DNA from: Candidatus Elulimicrobium sp.
GTDB taxonomy: Bacteria; Patescibacteriota; Minisyncoccia; Phycocordibacterales; UBA918
NCBI GenBank assembly: GCA_020720815.1
Contig: DYNY01000004.1
Location: forward strand, 1,783-65,782
Direction: 5' to 3'
DNA length: 64,000 nucleotides
This document shows positions 18,723-29,885 of the stretch, in pieces. The notes under the pieces were generated by a model, which made no database searches, had not been told where the DNA came from, and was given only the letters and a program-made list of their open reading frames with translations. Position numbers and translations under genes: made by a program. Numbering within the stretch: position 1 is the first letter of the stretch; each line of letters begins with the position of its first letter.

Positions 18723-19733
18723 CTATTTATTGTCTTTCAAATATAAAGTTTTACCGAAGTCCCAAAATTCATCATGGCCATTTTTCTTCAACCAATACCA
18801 CCACTCAGCCCCCCATAGATATTGGTTGGCTAAACGAGTATCTTCAGCGTAATTCAGAATTTCTTTAAACTTATCTAAATCCATGCGTGAAAATTGCACT
18901 GACAATGGCACTTTGGTAATCGATTCCACTAGCCATGGTTCGGCTGATAGTTCTATCAAAAAAACCGGACGTCTACCATAAATCAGTGCCATCAAATTTT
19001 CTTTAGCGCGATAAAACCAAGCGGGCAAAAATGTCTTGAACTGACCGAGTTCAGGATTCCAAAAATGGACATACACACTAGTACCAAAAATATCACCCCT
19101 ACTATAAGCACCAGCCCAAGTACCTAAATTGCCACTATCTGTAATCAAAATCGGTTTATTTGGATCTAGAGAGCGAACCAAGGCTATTTCCTTTTCCAAA
19201 AACTCAACATCCAAATCTCCACACCGCTCAAAAGCAAAGGCCTGCAAAAAAGGCTCGTTCTCTACCTGCCAATATTTCACAGCCTGGTTATCTTTATATC
19301 TTTCTATAACCTTAGTCATATACGACAATTGGGCTTCATTACGTTCTACAAGTTCTAGTTTAGTTGCCCATTGTGGGGCATGACATTCTGGCCAACGGGG
19401 TAATCTTCGACCGACTGCCAATATCACTTCAGCTCCCACCGCTTTGGCTTTCTCCAGTTGATAATCAAGCTCACTAAAATTATATTCTCCTTCAGCTGGC
19501 TCAACCATATTCCAATGGGCCGCCAGTCGTAGGCGTCGCACTCCTAAGTCATCTAATATGGCATCATAAGTTTCTTGCCAATCTAACCCGAGTTCACGTG
19601 CATACATAACATTAAACGACATACCGTAGTTAAACTGAGTAGGTTGTTCTTTCTGAGCTAAGAAGAATAACGTAACAAAAGGTAAAACCAAAAATATTAG
19701 AGACACCAAAGCTATAATTTTAAAATAACGCAT
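18723..19733 (-). CDS. Glycoside hydrolase, clan GH-A (beta-galactosidase/endoglycanase-like), membrane-anchored
   Basis: W..VEP..G.YNFSELD, WQVENEP acid/base motif, IELSAEPW nucleophile-like motif. Confidence 0.75.
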   Translation of the reverse strand: MRYFKIIALVSLIFLVLPFVTLFFLAQKEQPTQFNYGMSFNVMYARELGLDWQETYDAILDDLGVRRLRLAAHWNMVEPAEGEYNFSELDYQLEKAKAVGAEVILAVGRRLPRWPECHAPQWATKLELVERNEAQLSYMTKVIERYKDNQAVKYWQVENEPFLQAFAFERCGDLDVEFLEKEIALVRSLDPNKPILITDSGNLGTWAGAYSRGDIFGTSVYVHFWNPELGQFKTFLPAWFYRAKENLMALIYGRRPVFLIELSAEPWLVESITKVPLSVQFSRMDLDKFKEILNYAEDTRLANQYLWGAEWWYWLKKNGHDEFWDFGKTLYLKDNK

Positions 19734-19735
19734 AT

Positions 19736-20668
19736 TTATAAAAATAAGATAAAGAAGCCGACCACCACCAGAATGACATAAAGTACTTGTTGCATCACTT
19801 CTTTAGGTCTAGTTTCAGTCTTAGCTACATTATCTGGCAGTAAACTGCTAAAGATAACAGTGATAAACAGAATAAAAACAAACTTAAGACCATCGAGCGC
19901 TTGAACGACCGTCACATCTCCTTTGTCAGTCGCCAAGAGAAGCAGAAAGGCAGAAATACCAGCCAGAATTTTGGCAAACAACACCAAAACACCAGTCCTC
20001 TTAGTTGCTTCTTTGGTTCGCTCAGTAATTTTTTTGTAGTAGGTAGGAACCATCAGAAGCGATAGCGCAAACAACACCAAACCAATTCTTGACCAAAAGA
20101 AACCCTCGACGAAACTGGTTTCCATAAATAATCCTTTCATTGTTATGTAGTGAAAACCAAAGAAAAATCCGCTATGCACCACCACCATCATGGTGTATTT
20201 CTCCGGCATAGCTTGTGAGACCAGTAAAGTACCAATAATGAGGATAGCTATACCCCAAATAAAATTAGGCGAAAGAGTTGTCTCAAGAAAGAAGTAGCTC
20301 ATAGCCATAGTCGTCAAGGCTGAGACCGCACCAACTACCGGCATGACATTAACCGCTTCAGCCCGCTTTAAGGCGTCATAAAATGACACAATGGCCATAA
20401 AAAATGTATATCCCGCCAAAAAAGACATACCTAAAACTTGAATTGTAGGTTTTTCTATACCGGCAAAAGTTGGCACCCCGAGACTAGCAAAACCAGGAAT
20501 ATAACCAAATAAATAAATAACTACCCAAAAGCCAGTCAATAAGCAAGAATAAAAAGCATAAACAAAAGGCCTAGGTAATACCTTTCCGTCAGAAACAATA
20601 TATTTATCAAGAAATACTACTACCGCCCCAATAAATTGGCCGATCGTAGCTAAAAAGAGCCAAGACAT
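19736..20668 (-). CDS. DMT/EamA-like transporter
   Basis: About 10 TM segments in a duplicated EamA-type arrangement. Confidence 0.65.
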   Translation of the reverse strand: MSWLFLATIGQFIGAVVVFLDKYIVSDGKVLPRPFVYAFYSCLLTGFWVVIYLFGYIPGFASLGVPTFAGIEKPTIQVLGMSFLAGYTFFMAIVSFYDALKRAEAVNVMPVVGAVSALTTMAMSYFFLETTLSPNFIWGIAILIIGTLLVSQAMPEKYTMMVVVHSGFFFGFHYITMKGLFMETSFVEGFFWSRIGLVLFALSLLMVPTYYKKITERTKEATKRTGVLVLFAKILAGISAFLLLLATDKGDVTVVQALDGLKFVFILFITVIFSSLLPDNVAKTETRPKEVMQQVLYVILVVVGFFILFL

Positions 20669-20672
20669 GATT

Positions 20673-21920
20673 TTATTCTACTATACCGTTATCCTCACAA
20701 ATTTTTTTATACACGTAAGCTGAAGGACGGATGGTTCTTTCTTGTGTCTCATAATTTACCTCAATCAAACCGAACCTTTTTGCAAAACCAAGCGCCCACT
20801 CATAATTATCCAAAAGCGACCAATACAAGTGCCCACGGACATCTACCCCAGCCTGTATAGCCAGCCACACACCTTCAATCTGCCTAGTAATATATTCGGA
20901 CCGGCCAGTGTCTAAAGTGTCAGCCAAGCCACCTTCAGACACGAAAAGTGGTTTTTTGTAACGAGACAACATCATCAAGGCGTCATAAATATGATCGGGA
21001 GCAAAATTCCAATCCATATCAGTCTTACGCCAGACCCGTCTGTCACCAAACTGAGTATAAAAATAATAATTGAGACCAATCGAATCGCAGTGCTTATAGA
21101 CCCGTCTCATGAATTTATGTGTCCAAAAATAATTAGCCGCCCACGCTTTAATTATATAAAAAGGATTATAAGTCGAAGCGAACACTATGACGTGCTTAAC
21201 CACACTTACTTCAGTTTGTGGTGATATTTTTTTAATGGCTTTATAGGCAGCGTTGTGAGCCCGAGCTAAATTTTTCATTACCCTAAAATAGATAAATACT
21301 GATGATAAATATTTGGTGGCTTTGGCTTCGTATTGTCGACCTGAGTTCGTGATGGAGATCATATCTGTCAGAGCAAATCGCTTAAATGGGGGCCAAGTGC
21401 CACGCAACCAACCATTACTACCAAAAACATTTGGTTCATTCATGGTCGAAAAATGACCACATAAATCTCCCAACTCTTTAACGACATTAGTACAGTAACG
21501 GGCAAATATTTCTGGTGAGTCTGCTCTCTCAAAGCCACCGCTCTGCGAAAACCATAACGGCAAGGTAAAGTGCCAAATAGTCACGAAGGGTTTTAGCTTC
21601 TGCTGGTGAAGAGATTGCAATACTTGGCGATAATGCATAATTGCTTCCTGGTCATATTTACCCTCTTCCGGCTCGATTCGCGCCCACTCAACTGACAGTC
21701 GGTGGGCATTATGTCCTAGTGTTTTGGCAGTAGCAAAATCTTCTTCGTAACGTCGATAATGATCGCACGCGAGGCCACAGACCGGCACCCGACCATCACG
21801 ATACGCCTTAGACCAATCATTATTTTCTATACCACCCTCAACTTGATAAGCAGAGGTACCAGATCCCCAATAAAAGTCTTTGGGGAAAATTTTTGTTTTG
21901 CGGTAATTATTTCCTAACAC
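20673..21920 (-). CDS. Glycoside hydrolase family 1 (beta-glucosidase-like)
   Basis: FYWGSGTSAYQVEG, MNEP, VSEGG, WSLLDNYEW. Confidence 0.92.
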   Translation of the reverse strand: MLGNNYRKTKIFPKDFYWGSGTSAYQVEGGIENNDWSKAYRDGRVPVCGLACDHYRRYEEDFATAKTLGHNAHRLSVEWARIEPEEGKYDQEAIMHYRQVLQSLHQQKLKPFVTIWHFTLPLWFSQSGGFERADSPEIFARYCTNVVKELGDLCGHFSTMNEPNVFGSNGWLRGTWPPFKRFALTDMISITNSGRQYEAKATKYLSSVFIYFRVMKNLARAHNAAYKAIKKISPQTEVSVVKHVIVFASTYNPFYIIKAWAANYFWTHKFMRRVYKHCDSIGLNYYFYTQFGDRRVWRKTDMDWNFAPDHIYDALMMLSRYKKPLFVSEGGLADTLDTGRSEYITRQIEGVWLAIQAGVDVRGHLYWSLLDNYEWALGFAKRFGLIEVNYETQERTIRPSAYVYKKICEDNGIVE

Positions 21921-21970
21921 GATATAATTATAGCAAAGAACATAGCCTATGTCAGAAGCAATGATGGTCT

Positions 21971-22702
21971 TTAGTATTCAATTTCTTTATCTAGAACTTG
22001 TTTAGGTGCTAAGTATTCTTGCCATTTTTTGTATAAAAGTGTGGTAGCAGTGACGTCTCTAGCGTTGTAGCTAGCAATGTCGCGGAATTTTTTCTTCTCA
22101 AAAAATTCCGCGACATTATCTCCACCCATCTCGCCCTTCGGACTCTCTATACCATAAGCCCGCGCAAATAAATGTAGACTTGGTCGCTTACTCATTGCCC
22201 CAAAGAAAGTCAATTCGTCCTGCAAGTCGACATGGCGAACAAACTTTTGCTGATACGGATATTTCCCTTCCATTAAGTTCTTAGTCGGCCTTATATTATT
22301 GGCTAACGAGCGATGAATTAAAAACGGTACGTCAAAAGCTCGGCCATTAAAAGTTACGAAAGTATCGTAGTATTTAGCTCCTTCCCAGAATTCCCGCAAC
22401 ATTAAATCTTCACTCTTTTCTCTATAGGTATAATCACCAATTGTTTCTTCTATCTCATTACCATCTCCTTGGTAATACACTACTCCGCGCATTCTTTCTA
22501 AATCATAAACCCCAATCGCTACCACAAAACCAGTCATTGGTGAAAAGCCTAAACTATTCTCAATGTCATTCTGCATAACCTTCCTCTCTTCTTCGCTACG
22601 AGCCGTTTTATCAGCCCAACGCGTTAAAATATGCTGTGTTACTTCATCTAACTCTGACCATTTCTCTCCAACTGTTTCAATATCAAAAATAAGCGTGGCC
22701 AT
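21971..22702 (-). CDS. RNase H-like 3'-5' exonuclease (PolB exonuclease-like)
   Basis: FDIET, TFNGRAFDVPFL, YNARDV DEDDy motifs. Confidence 0.85.
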   Translation of the reverse strand: MATLIFDIETVGEKWSELDEVTQHILTRWADKTARSEEERKVMQNDIENSLGFSPMTGFVVAIGVYDLERMRGVVYYQGDGNEIEETIGDYTYREKSEDLMLREFWEGAKYYDTFVTFNGRAFDVPFLIHRSLANNIRPTKNLMEGKYPYQQKFVRHVDLQDELTFFGAMSKRPSLHLFARAYGIESPKGEMGGDNVAEFFEKKKFRDIASYNARDVTATTLLYKKWQEYLAPKQVLDKEIEY

Positions 22703-22710
22703 AGACACTT

Positions 22711-23499
22711 TTAGATTTCTACCGGTATTCCAGAGTAGCAATACAAAACAGCCTTACGTTTCGAAGAAATATAATAGCTATATTGACCATCTACAAAAAC
22801 TCCACCACATTCATCAGTACCTTCCTCTAATTGGCCATGAATCGGAAAACCATCTAAAGCGTATCCTACTAGAGTTTCCGAGTCAAAAATTGAATACAAA
22901 CTATACTCGTTATTTTTAATGAGTGAACCATCTAGTGCGACGCCTACAACATCATTTGGTATACAACTCTTTTTGGTTGAAGCGTATGTCTGTACTGGTA
23001 ATTGTAACAGAACCTCTTTGGTTAGCTCAACAGATGAAGTCGCACTACTTGATGAAGTGTTAATTTCTACTTCACGATATAGTAAACGTGCCCCTTCAAC
23101 CACGGAAAAATTTAGTCCTTTAGGTGACCAATCCTTATCAAGGTTTTGATAAAGCGGACACTTCAGTTCTGTCAAAAATATATCGGTCGGTTCTATATCA
23201 TTAGTTTCGACCGAAATTTCTTCAACTGGTTCAGGCAAAGTATTCGGGTTTATTACTGATTCCTTAAAATCGGCAATTTTGCTACGCAAAGTAGCTAAAT
23301 TGCCGGACCTATCCATACCTGGCTTTTCTTCGAAAGTGGCCGTGTAAATGACCTCTCCGTAATTTGCATCAGCATTTATAACACTGGCCATATTACTATT
23401 CTCTGTGTATGTATCTCTAACTATAGTTACACAAATAGCGATTACTAAAAAAGCGAAAGAAAGTAAATACAACAAAAAATCTCGAGTGCGAAGTGGCAT
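22711..23499 (-). CDS. Membrane-anchored hypothetical protein with YHYH-like C-terminus
   Basis: N-terminal TM; GVALDG, VGYALDGFPIHG, DECGG...YSYY. Confidence 0.6.
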   Translation of the reverse strand: MPLRTRDFLLYLLSFAFLVIAICVTIVRDTYTENSNMASVINADANYGEVIYTATFEEKPGMDRSGNLATLRSKIADFKESVINPNTLPEPVEEISVETNDIEPTDIFLTELKCPLYQNLDKDWSPKGLNFSVVEGARLLYREVEINTSSSSATSSVELTKEVLLQLPVQTYASTKKSCIPNDVVGVALDGSLIKNNEYSLYSIFDSETLVGYALDGFPIHGQLEEGTDECGGVFVDGQYSYYISSKRKAVLYCYSGIPVEI

Positions 23500-23545
23500 A
23501 AACTTACCCTCTATCATAACAAACAGAAAACTAATAGCCACCGCT

Positions 23546-24847
23546 TTAACCCACCGTTTTACTGGATTGTATTTTGATCTCAACCAATTGCTCTACTCTG
23601 CGAATATCTGCCAGTAGCTTAGACCGGTCAGGGTTATGTAAAAATAAGTTAAATATTGAGCGACCACCATTACGGGCAAAGACAGCTCGATCACCAATCT
23701 TTTTGTTCACATTTATGCGATAAAAAGATTCCAGTTGTTCAATTTTCTTAATCCCTTTCATTTCAAGAATTTTTCCTTCTTTAGTTGCAAACCATTTCAT
23801 AGTACAAGCATAGCTATTACACTTGCGAGGCAAAACTGTCTTTTGCGGTATGCGAATTAATATATCATTTAGACCATGCTCTATACCACAAGTAATTTTA
23901 TGCATAATCTCTCTAAAACCACCCATACGAGCACCTATCTCTATCACTTTCCATTCATCATCAATCTTCATTAATTCGGTATGGGCCATCGTACTACGAA
24001 GACCTAAAGCATGGATGGCTTTTTCCGCTGCTACTTCAGCCTTAGTAATAGTCTCTTTCTTGAAAACTGGTGGTGTTATCTGTAGGTAACCAAAAAAATC
24101 ATCATGTCCGACTTTCTTGCCAGTTACAACTTTTACTAGTGGACAATGTTCCACCTTACCGCGTGCACCAACGTAAGAATCAACTGAATACATATCCCCA
24201 TCCATAAACTCTTCCGCGATCAACTTTGGCTCTTCTAAACGATGGTCCAGATCGTAAGATTTTTTTAATTTACGTAATGTTGTTCGGAGAGTTTTTTCCA
24301 GCTCGGCTTCGTGGTAACAAATTGATACCAACAAACTACCAGATAAGTTAGTTGGCTTAATGATCATCGGGAAGCCAATCTTCTCAGTGATTCTAGCCCT
24401 CTCTTTCTTAGAATTTTCCTTAACTAAAGTAAATCTTGGCGTAATCGAAGGATCATAAAGCTTCATTCTTTTGCGCATCTCGTACTTATCACTAGCCCAC
24501 ATAAGTGATTCAGTAGTAGGTGTCCTTAAATAAGGCACGTGTGGAATAACCGCTGCGAAACGCGACATACTCTGTTCAGACCGACAGGTGATAGCCAATA
24601 GCTCTTCCTGATAGGGTAAAAGGGCAATAGCAATTTTCTCCGGTTTGGAAAAATCGCAGTCTACCACAAAATCAATTCCAGGGTTGTCTTTCTTATTATC
24701 TACGTCTTTTATTTTAGAATCCCACAGCAAAAGTATCCGGTATTTAGCACCGGTAGTTTTTTCATAAGCACGGATACTTTCAACCGTTTCCTGCGGTACA
24801 CTCATCACATAAACCAAGATGTTTGGCTCTTTAGTTTCTTTTACCAT
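23546..24847 (-). CDS. ATP-grasp domain protein
   Basis: DKYEMR, GFPMIIKP, EEFMDG, HTE, IEIGARMGG. Confidence 0.85.
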   Translation of the reverse strand: MVKETKEPNILVYVMSVPQETVESIRAYEKTTGAKYRILLLWDSKIKDVDNKKDNPGIDFVVDCDFSKPEKIAIALLPYQEELLAITCRSEQSMSRFAAVIPHVPYLRTPTTESLMWASDKYEMRKRMKLYDPSITPRFTLVKENSKKERARITEKIGFPMIIKPTNLSGSLLVSICYHEAELEKTLRTTLRKLKKSYDLDHRLEEPKLIAEEFMDGDMYSVDSYVGARGKVEHCPLVKVVTGKKVGHDDFFGYLQITPPVFKKETITKAEVAAEKAIHALGLRSTMAHTELMKIDDEWKVIEIGARMGGFREIMHKITCGIEHGLNDILIRIPQKTVLPRKCNSYACTMKWFATKEGKILEMKGIKKIEQLESFYRINVNKKIGDRAVFARNGGRSIFNLFLHNPDRSKLLADIRRVEQLVEIKIQSSKTVG

Positions 24848-25024
24848 TAGTTATAGTTCTATTTTATAAGCAAAACTTCAGCCAAGCGGATATTTATTCC
24901 AAATAAGTCTCTGATGTGTATAAAGCATACTATATAAAGTCTTATTTTTATATTATAGCATAATATACTAAAAAATCAAGTGACAAGCCCTGAATTTTGA
25001 GTTTTAATTAATTTTGCATCGAAC

Positions 25025-25699
25025 TTAAATACCAAATTGTACCGATGAATTTGTTGTAGTTTCTCCTTCAATGGTAAAATCTACTTCTGGATTAACTACA
25101 GTAGCAATTAGATCTTTGAACTCCTCATATGTTTTATAATTCATTCTTTCACCGTTTAAAAAGAAAGTTGGTGTACCTGTAATTCCCATTTCTCGCGCCT
25201 CTCTTCCGCTATCTCTGACTTTATCTCTAATCAAGGAAGAGTTCATTTGACGTTTGAATTTTTCTGTATCTAGACCAAGCTCGGTGGCGTACTGAATAAA
25301 CAAAACGCTTGGATTTTTGCTACGTGACCAGGTATCTTGATTTTCAAACAACTTATCATGGTAAGCAAAGAAGGCATCTTGTTGAGCAGCCGCTTCAGCC
25401 GCTTTGGCAGACGATTCGGCTTGAGGATGAATTGGTAATGGGTAATGTTTATATTCCAAACTTAGAGAATCACCATATTCAGCCATTATTTCTTGCAAAG
25501 CTAATTGGAATGAAGTACAAGCTGGGCATTGGAAATCGCTGTATTCTACTAACTTAACTGCTGCCTCTGAGTTACCCTTTACATGTGAAGAAAAAGTTAT
25601 ATTTTCATTATTTTTAGCACCGACAATACTAGAGTACCAAATCGATCCACCAATTAATACCAGAGCTAAGATTCCTACAACTGTCCATGGATTTTTCAT
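25025..25699 (-). CDS. DsbA-family thiol:disulfide oxidoreductase
   Basis: EYSDFQCPAC, GITGTPTFFLNG. Confidence 0.9.
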   Translation of the reverse strand: MKNPWTVVGILALVLIGGSIWYSSIVGAKNNENITFSSHVKGNSEAAVKLVEYSDFQCPACTSFQLALQEIMAEYGDSLSLEYKHYPLPIHPQAESSAKAAEAAAQQDAFFAYHDKLFENQDTWSRSKNPSVLFIQYATELGLDTEKFKRQMNSSLIRDKVRDSGREAREMGITGTPTFFLNGERMNYKTYEEFKDLIATVVNPEVDFTIEGETTTNSSVQFGI

Positions 25700-25752
25700 A
25701 TAAGCTATAGTGTAACATAATCACTTTTTATGACCAATTCATCTACTTTATC

Positions 25753-25831
25753 ACTCCGAGAAGATAAAGTCTTTTGCGGAATACAAATATTCGGGCAGTG
25801 AGTGACACAAAAGGCATTATCTTCTCGGAGT
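25753..25831. repeat. Long hairpin between divergent genes
   Basis: actccgagaagataa/ttatcttctcggagt plus gtcttttg/caaaaggc. Confidence 0.75.
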
Positions 25832-25897
25832 AACTAGCTACTAAAATTTGTCTTGTTATTTTTTTGCAAATGTGTTCTAATTTGCTAACTTTTCACT

Positions 25898-26635
25898 ATG
25901 ACTTTTAAACCTAATTTTACACGTAAAAAAAAGCGCAAGGCACATGGGGCCACCTTTTGGGATAATGAATACAAAAACCCGGAACACTTAAAGCTTTCAA
26001 CCGAACAAAGTGAGGACTTGGAGAAATTTACTCGTTTTGTTATCCGTCAAAAAAAAGAGTATGCCTTATCACCCGGTGCAGAAGTACTCGACGTTGGTTG
26101 TGGTAACGGTCGTAATCTTGTTTACCTAGCTAATAATTTTGGTGTTTCCGGCACTGGGTATGATATTTCTAAGGCCGCTATCGCTCAAGCAATAGTCGCT
26201 TCAAAGGGTCTCTCCCTTTCCTACTCTGCCCGCAGTATCGCTGGTGCACTAACGATACCAGATAATTCTCAGTTCCTCGTTCTCGATATGATGACTTCAC
26301 ATTTTTTAACCAAAGAGGAACGTTTAGGATTGCGCGAAGAAATCTACCGAACCCTTAAACCTGGCGGATTACTTTTTATGAAGACTTTTCTGAAAGATGA
26401 AGATTTGCACACTAGACGTCTACTTGTCGAATTCCCCGGCAAAGAAGACGGTAGCTATATACACCCGGTCATGGGTGTAGCTGAATATGTCTACAGCGAG
26501 GAAGAACTAATTAATTTTCTAAGTGAGCGTTTTATTATCCACAAAATTTATCGCTCACACAAACACGCCTTTCGTGGCCAAGCTAGAAAACGTCGTACTA
26601 TCACGATTTATGCCGAAAAGGATCCCTATCTGTAG
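25898..26635 (+). CDS. Class I SAM-dependent methyltransferase
   Basis: VLDVGCGNGRN, GYDIS, LKPGG. Confidence 0.88.
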   Translation: MTFKPNFTRKKKRKAHGATFWDNEYKNPEHLKLSTEQSEDLEKFTRFVIRQKKEYALSPGAEVLDVGCGNGRNLVYLANNFGVSGTGYDISKAAIAQAIVASKGLSLSYSARSIAGALTIPDNSQFLVLDMMTSHFLTKEERLGLREEIYRTLKPGGLLFMKTFLKDEDLHTRRLLVEFPGKEDGSYIHPVMGVAEYVYSEEELINFLSERFIIHKIYRSHKHAFRGQARKRRTITIYAEKDPYL

Positions 26636-26640
26636 TTAGT

Positions 26641-27375
26641 CTACGGGCACTTAAAGGTAGCCCTACACTCATCTTGACCAGATCCAGGAGCAACTTTCTC
26701 GCACAATTCACATTGAGACGAAAGTCCAGTTTCTTCATAGGTCGTACCATATTCCATATTTACATTCATAATGTCAGCAACATCCCGAAATAAGATATCA
26801 GTTGGTGGTTCAAAAATACTACCATCAACATTCTCCCACGGGTTACATTCATAAGTTACTGGTTGATCTACCGGCACCGGTCCCTCAGCTTCAGGTGCTT
26901 GGCCGGAAGCTTGGGCGGAGATCATACTAGTCATATCGTACTTCATTCCATACTTCTCTCCTTCAATCACTGACCAGTTGTACATCATATTATCCCGCAG
27001 AATTATAGATGAGACACTACCAGCTCCAGCTTCCGGTAGGATAAAATCACCGCGCATCATACCACCACTGGTAAAATAGGTGCCTATTACCGGTTCTTCT
27101 TCTATTGCAGATTCGTCTTTTTTTATTCCTGTCAATGGTCTATAGCTTATAGAACACTCTAGATCTTCGGCCTTGGCTAATATTTCTTGAAGTGAACCTG
27201 TCCCAGAACTTGGTTCCGCTAAAACTTTTTTGTTTGGTGTTGTTATATCAGAATTAACTTCAAAATTATCAGCTGATGATTTAATAGGGGCTTTGCTGTC
27301 ATTCATAAATAGATATACTAAAGCGATTACTACTACCCCCATTCCTACTAGACTAACTACAACGGTTTTTTTCAT
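26641..27375 (-). CDS. Exported hypothetical protein
   Basis: N-terminal TM, Cys-containing C-terminus. Confidence 0.6.
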   Translation of the reverse strand: MKKTVVVSLVGMGVVVIALVYLFMNDSKAPIKSSADNFEVNSDITTPNKKVLAEPSSGTGSLQEILAKAEDLECSISYRPLTGIKKDESAIEEEPVIGTYFTSGGMMRGDFILPEAGAGSVSSIILRDNMMYNWSVIEGEKYGMKYDMTSMISAQASGQAPEAEGPVPVDQPVTYECNPWENVDGSIFEPPTDILFRDVADIMNVNMEYGTTYEETGLSSQCELCEKVAPGSGQDECRATFKCP

Positions 27376-27482
27376 AAAAATTAATAATTAACTTTTATCA
27401 CATATAGCATAATAAATATAACTCAAAATCAAACGATTACTTGTTACTACCACAATTTTTCCATTTTAAACACACAACCTCA

Positions 27483-27905
27483 CTAGAGACAACTCCTACC
27501 TGTCAAAACTTCCATAGCAGTCGGAATTGCCCCGGCTTTTATTTCATCCACTCTAGCCTGGCCAAATTTATCAACAAAACATTTCTCTTGCTCGGGAGTT
27601 AATTTACTTGGTAAAATATTAGGATTAATTCCAACTAGTTCTAAGGCATTCTTTTGCCCTTCAGTTAGACCACCGCCAGCACTGGCGGTAGCCCCAATTC
27701 CTGTATCGGCACTAGTTGCGGTTGAAATTGGTGTTAAGTTAGTATCCCCATTTGCCTCTTTTTTTTCTGTATCACTGCTTGGCGACTGAAAAATAAATGG
27801 CTTAATGTTATACGGGTCAGCTATCCAAAAATAAACTAAGGCTAGAAGTATACAGAAGAAAATAACTCCTAATGAAACAAAAAATATAGTAAAAAAAATT
27901 TTCAT
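27483..27905 (-). CDS. Membrane-anchored hypothetical protein
   Basis: N-terminal TM, 140 aa. Confidence 0.6.
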   Translation of the reverse strand: MKIFFTIFFVSLGVIFFCILLALVYFWIADPYNIKPFIFQSPSSDTEKKEANGDTNLTPISTATSADTGIGATASAGGGLTEGQKNALELVGINPNILPSKLTPEQEKCFVDKFGQARVDEIKAGAIPTAMEVLTGRSCL

Positions 27906-27968
27906 GGCCAGTACTAAATTACGGCTATTAATGATGAGTACTTTCTGTCATTTTACCACAGTCCATAC

Positions 27969-29885
27969 TTAACTTTTCTGCCACAACATTCTTAAACCAT
28001 TTGATACCACCAAAAGCGTTCCACCTTCATGCCCAATAACACCTAAAGGTAGCGGCAATTTCCAAAGTATAGTTACCACCACCATCAATGCCAAAATACC
28101 GATAGCAAAAACTAGGTTTTGCTTAATAATACTATTAGCTTGCATTGAGAGCTTGCGGGCTCGTAGTAAAGCTCCTAAATCATCTGAAAGCAGAGCCACG
28201 TCAGCCGCCTCAAGGGCCACGTCACTACCAGCCGTCCCCATTGCCACCCCCACGTGCGAGGTAGCCAAAGCCGCCGCATCATTTACTCCATCACCGACAA
28301 ATGATACCTTGCCTTCACTACGTAGTTTATTAATTATCGTCACCTTATCAGTAGGCATTAGGTCAGCAAAAATATCCCCCGGCGCAATTCCTATTTCTTT
28401 TCCCATCTCCTCAGCTACAGTTTTATGATCACCAGTCAACATAACGATTCTTTTGATACCTCGCTGTCTAAGCTCGGCAATGGTAGCTTTGGCTGAGGCT
28501 CTAACCGTATCGGATATACCAATCACGCCATACACCACCTCACTACCGACCACAATCGCTGTCTTTCCTTCAGCTTCTAAGTCTTGCAAAGCTTGCTCCG
28601 TTTTATCATCTACATGGACACCGGTCTCGTCTAACATTTTACGATTACCAGCAAAATACCGTCGCCCCTCTTGGGTCACGTAAACTCCTTTACCGGGAAC
28701 CGCTTCTGCTCTTTCTACCGTCGCTGGTGATATACCCATCTCAGCGGCATGATTAAGAATACTCTTAGCAAGTGGGTGCTCTGAATTTGCTTCCAGGGTG
28801 GCAGCGACCTGCATCAGCTGGTGCTCACTCATACTGATAGCCACCACCCTACTTACTTTCATTTTACCTTCAGTCAAGGTACCAGTTTTATCAAAGGCCA
28901 CTATATCTATATTGGCAAAGGTTTCGAGCGCTGCCCCACCCTTAAAGAGCATTCCCCGTTTGGCTGAAGCCGCTAAAGCAGAAAGTATCGCCGCGGGCAC
29001 ACTAATCACAATTGCACATGGACTGGCTACCACCAAAAGGGTGGCTGCCTTATAGAAAGCTTCAGCATACGGTAGACCAAGCAGAATAAAACCACCCAAG
29101 ACAATTAAAGTCCCAAGTAAAACTAGAATCGTATATCTCTCACCAAACCAATCACTAAAACTTTCACTCGGAGAACGTTTAGCCTGGGCCTCGGTTACCA
29201 AACGAATCATTTGGGCCAAAGTAGAATGACTGGACGTTTTAGTTACCTCAACCCGAAGGACACCGTGCCCATTTACTGTTCCCGCAAAAACATTATCCCC
29301 CGGATCTTTATCCACCGGCACTGATTCCCCTGTCATGGATGACTGATCCACCGCACTAATACCACTCAAAATAATCCCATCCACAGGTACTTTTTCTCCT
29401 GGTTTTATCACAACAACCTGCCCAATCTGAAGTGACTCGACTGATACGCGCTCGATTCCCCCGGCTCCGTTCTCCAGATTAGCCTCATCTGGTCTAAGCT
29501 TCATCAAGGCTACCACCGCTCGCTTGGTATTACCCATCGCATACTCTTCCAAAGTCCCAGCCAAACTGAAGAGGAAAAGCAGAATCGCTCCATCCCGTGC
29601 TTCTCCCACCCCCGCCGCCGCGAGCGCGGCCAAGACCATTAGTAAGTCTATATCAAGCTTTTTTTGTAATAGATTTCCTAGTGCCCCCTTGGCTGCCGGT
29701 ATTCCCCCGGCCAGATAGGCTATAACAAAGGCCATTGCTATATACAAAGCCGAACCTTGAGTAAACTGAAAATATACTCCGATTAACAACCCAATCAAAG
29801 TGATAGCGGTTAAAATACCATTTATGTGCAAAGATTTTCGCTCCCCTTCAAGTTCCTCCATCAAAACTTCAGCTGGATTTTTCAT
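27969..29885 (-). CDS. Heavy-metal P1B-type ATPase (P1B-4 signature)
   Basis: TGES, SPC, DKTGT, HP, GDGVND, HEGGT; no N-terminal metal-binding domain. Confidence 0.92.
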   Translation of the reverse strand: MKNPAEVLMEELEGERKSLHINGILTAITLIGLLIGVYFQFTQGSALYIAMAFVIAYLAGGIPAAKGALGNLLQKKLDIDLLMVLAALAAAGVGEARDGAILLFLFSLAGTLEEYAMGNTKRAVVALMKLRPDEANLENGAGGIERVSVESLQIGQVVVIKPGEKVPVDGIILSGISAVDQSSMTGESVPVDKDPGDNVFAGTVNGHGVLRVEVTKTSSHSTLAQMIRLVTEAQAKRSPSESFSDWFGERYTILVLLGTLIVLGGFILLGLPYAEAFYKAATLLVVASPCAIVISVPAAILSALAASAKRGMLFKGGAALETFANIDIVAFDKTGTLTEGKMKVSRVVAISMSEHQLMQVAATLEANSEHPLAKSILNHAAEMGISPATVERAEAVPGKGVYVTQEGRRYFAGNRKMLDETGVHVDDKTEQALQDLEAEGKTAIVVGSEVVYGVIGISDTVRASAKATIAELRQRGIKRIVMLTGDHKTVAEEMGKEIGIAPGDIFADLMPTDKVTIINKLRSEGKVSFVGDGVNDAAALATSHVGVAMGTAGSDVALEAADVALLSDDLGALLRARKLSMQANSIIKQNLVFAIGILALMVVVTILWKLPLPLGVIGHEGGTLLVVSNGLRMLWQKS

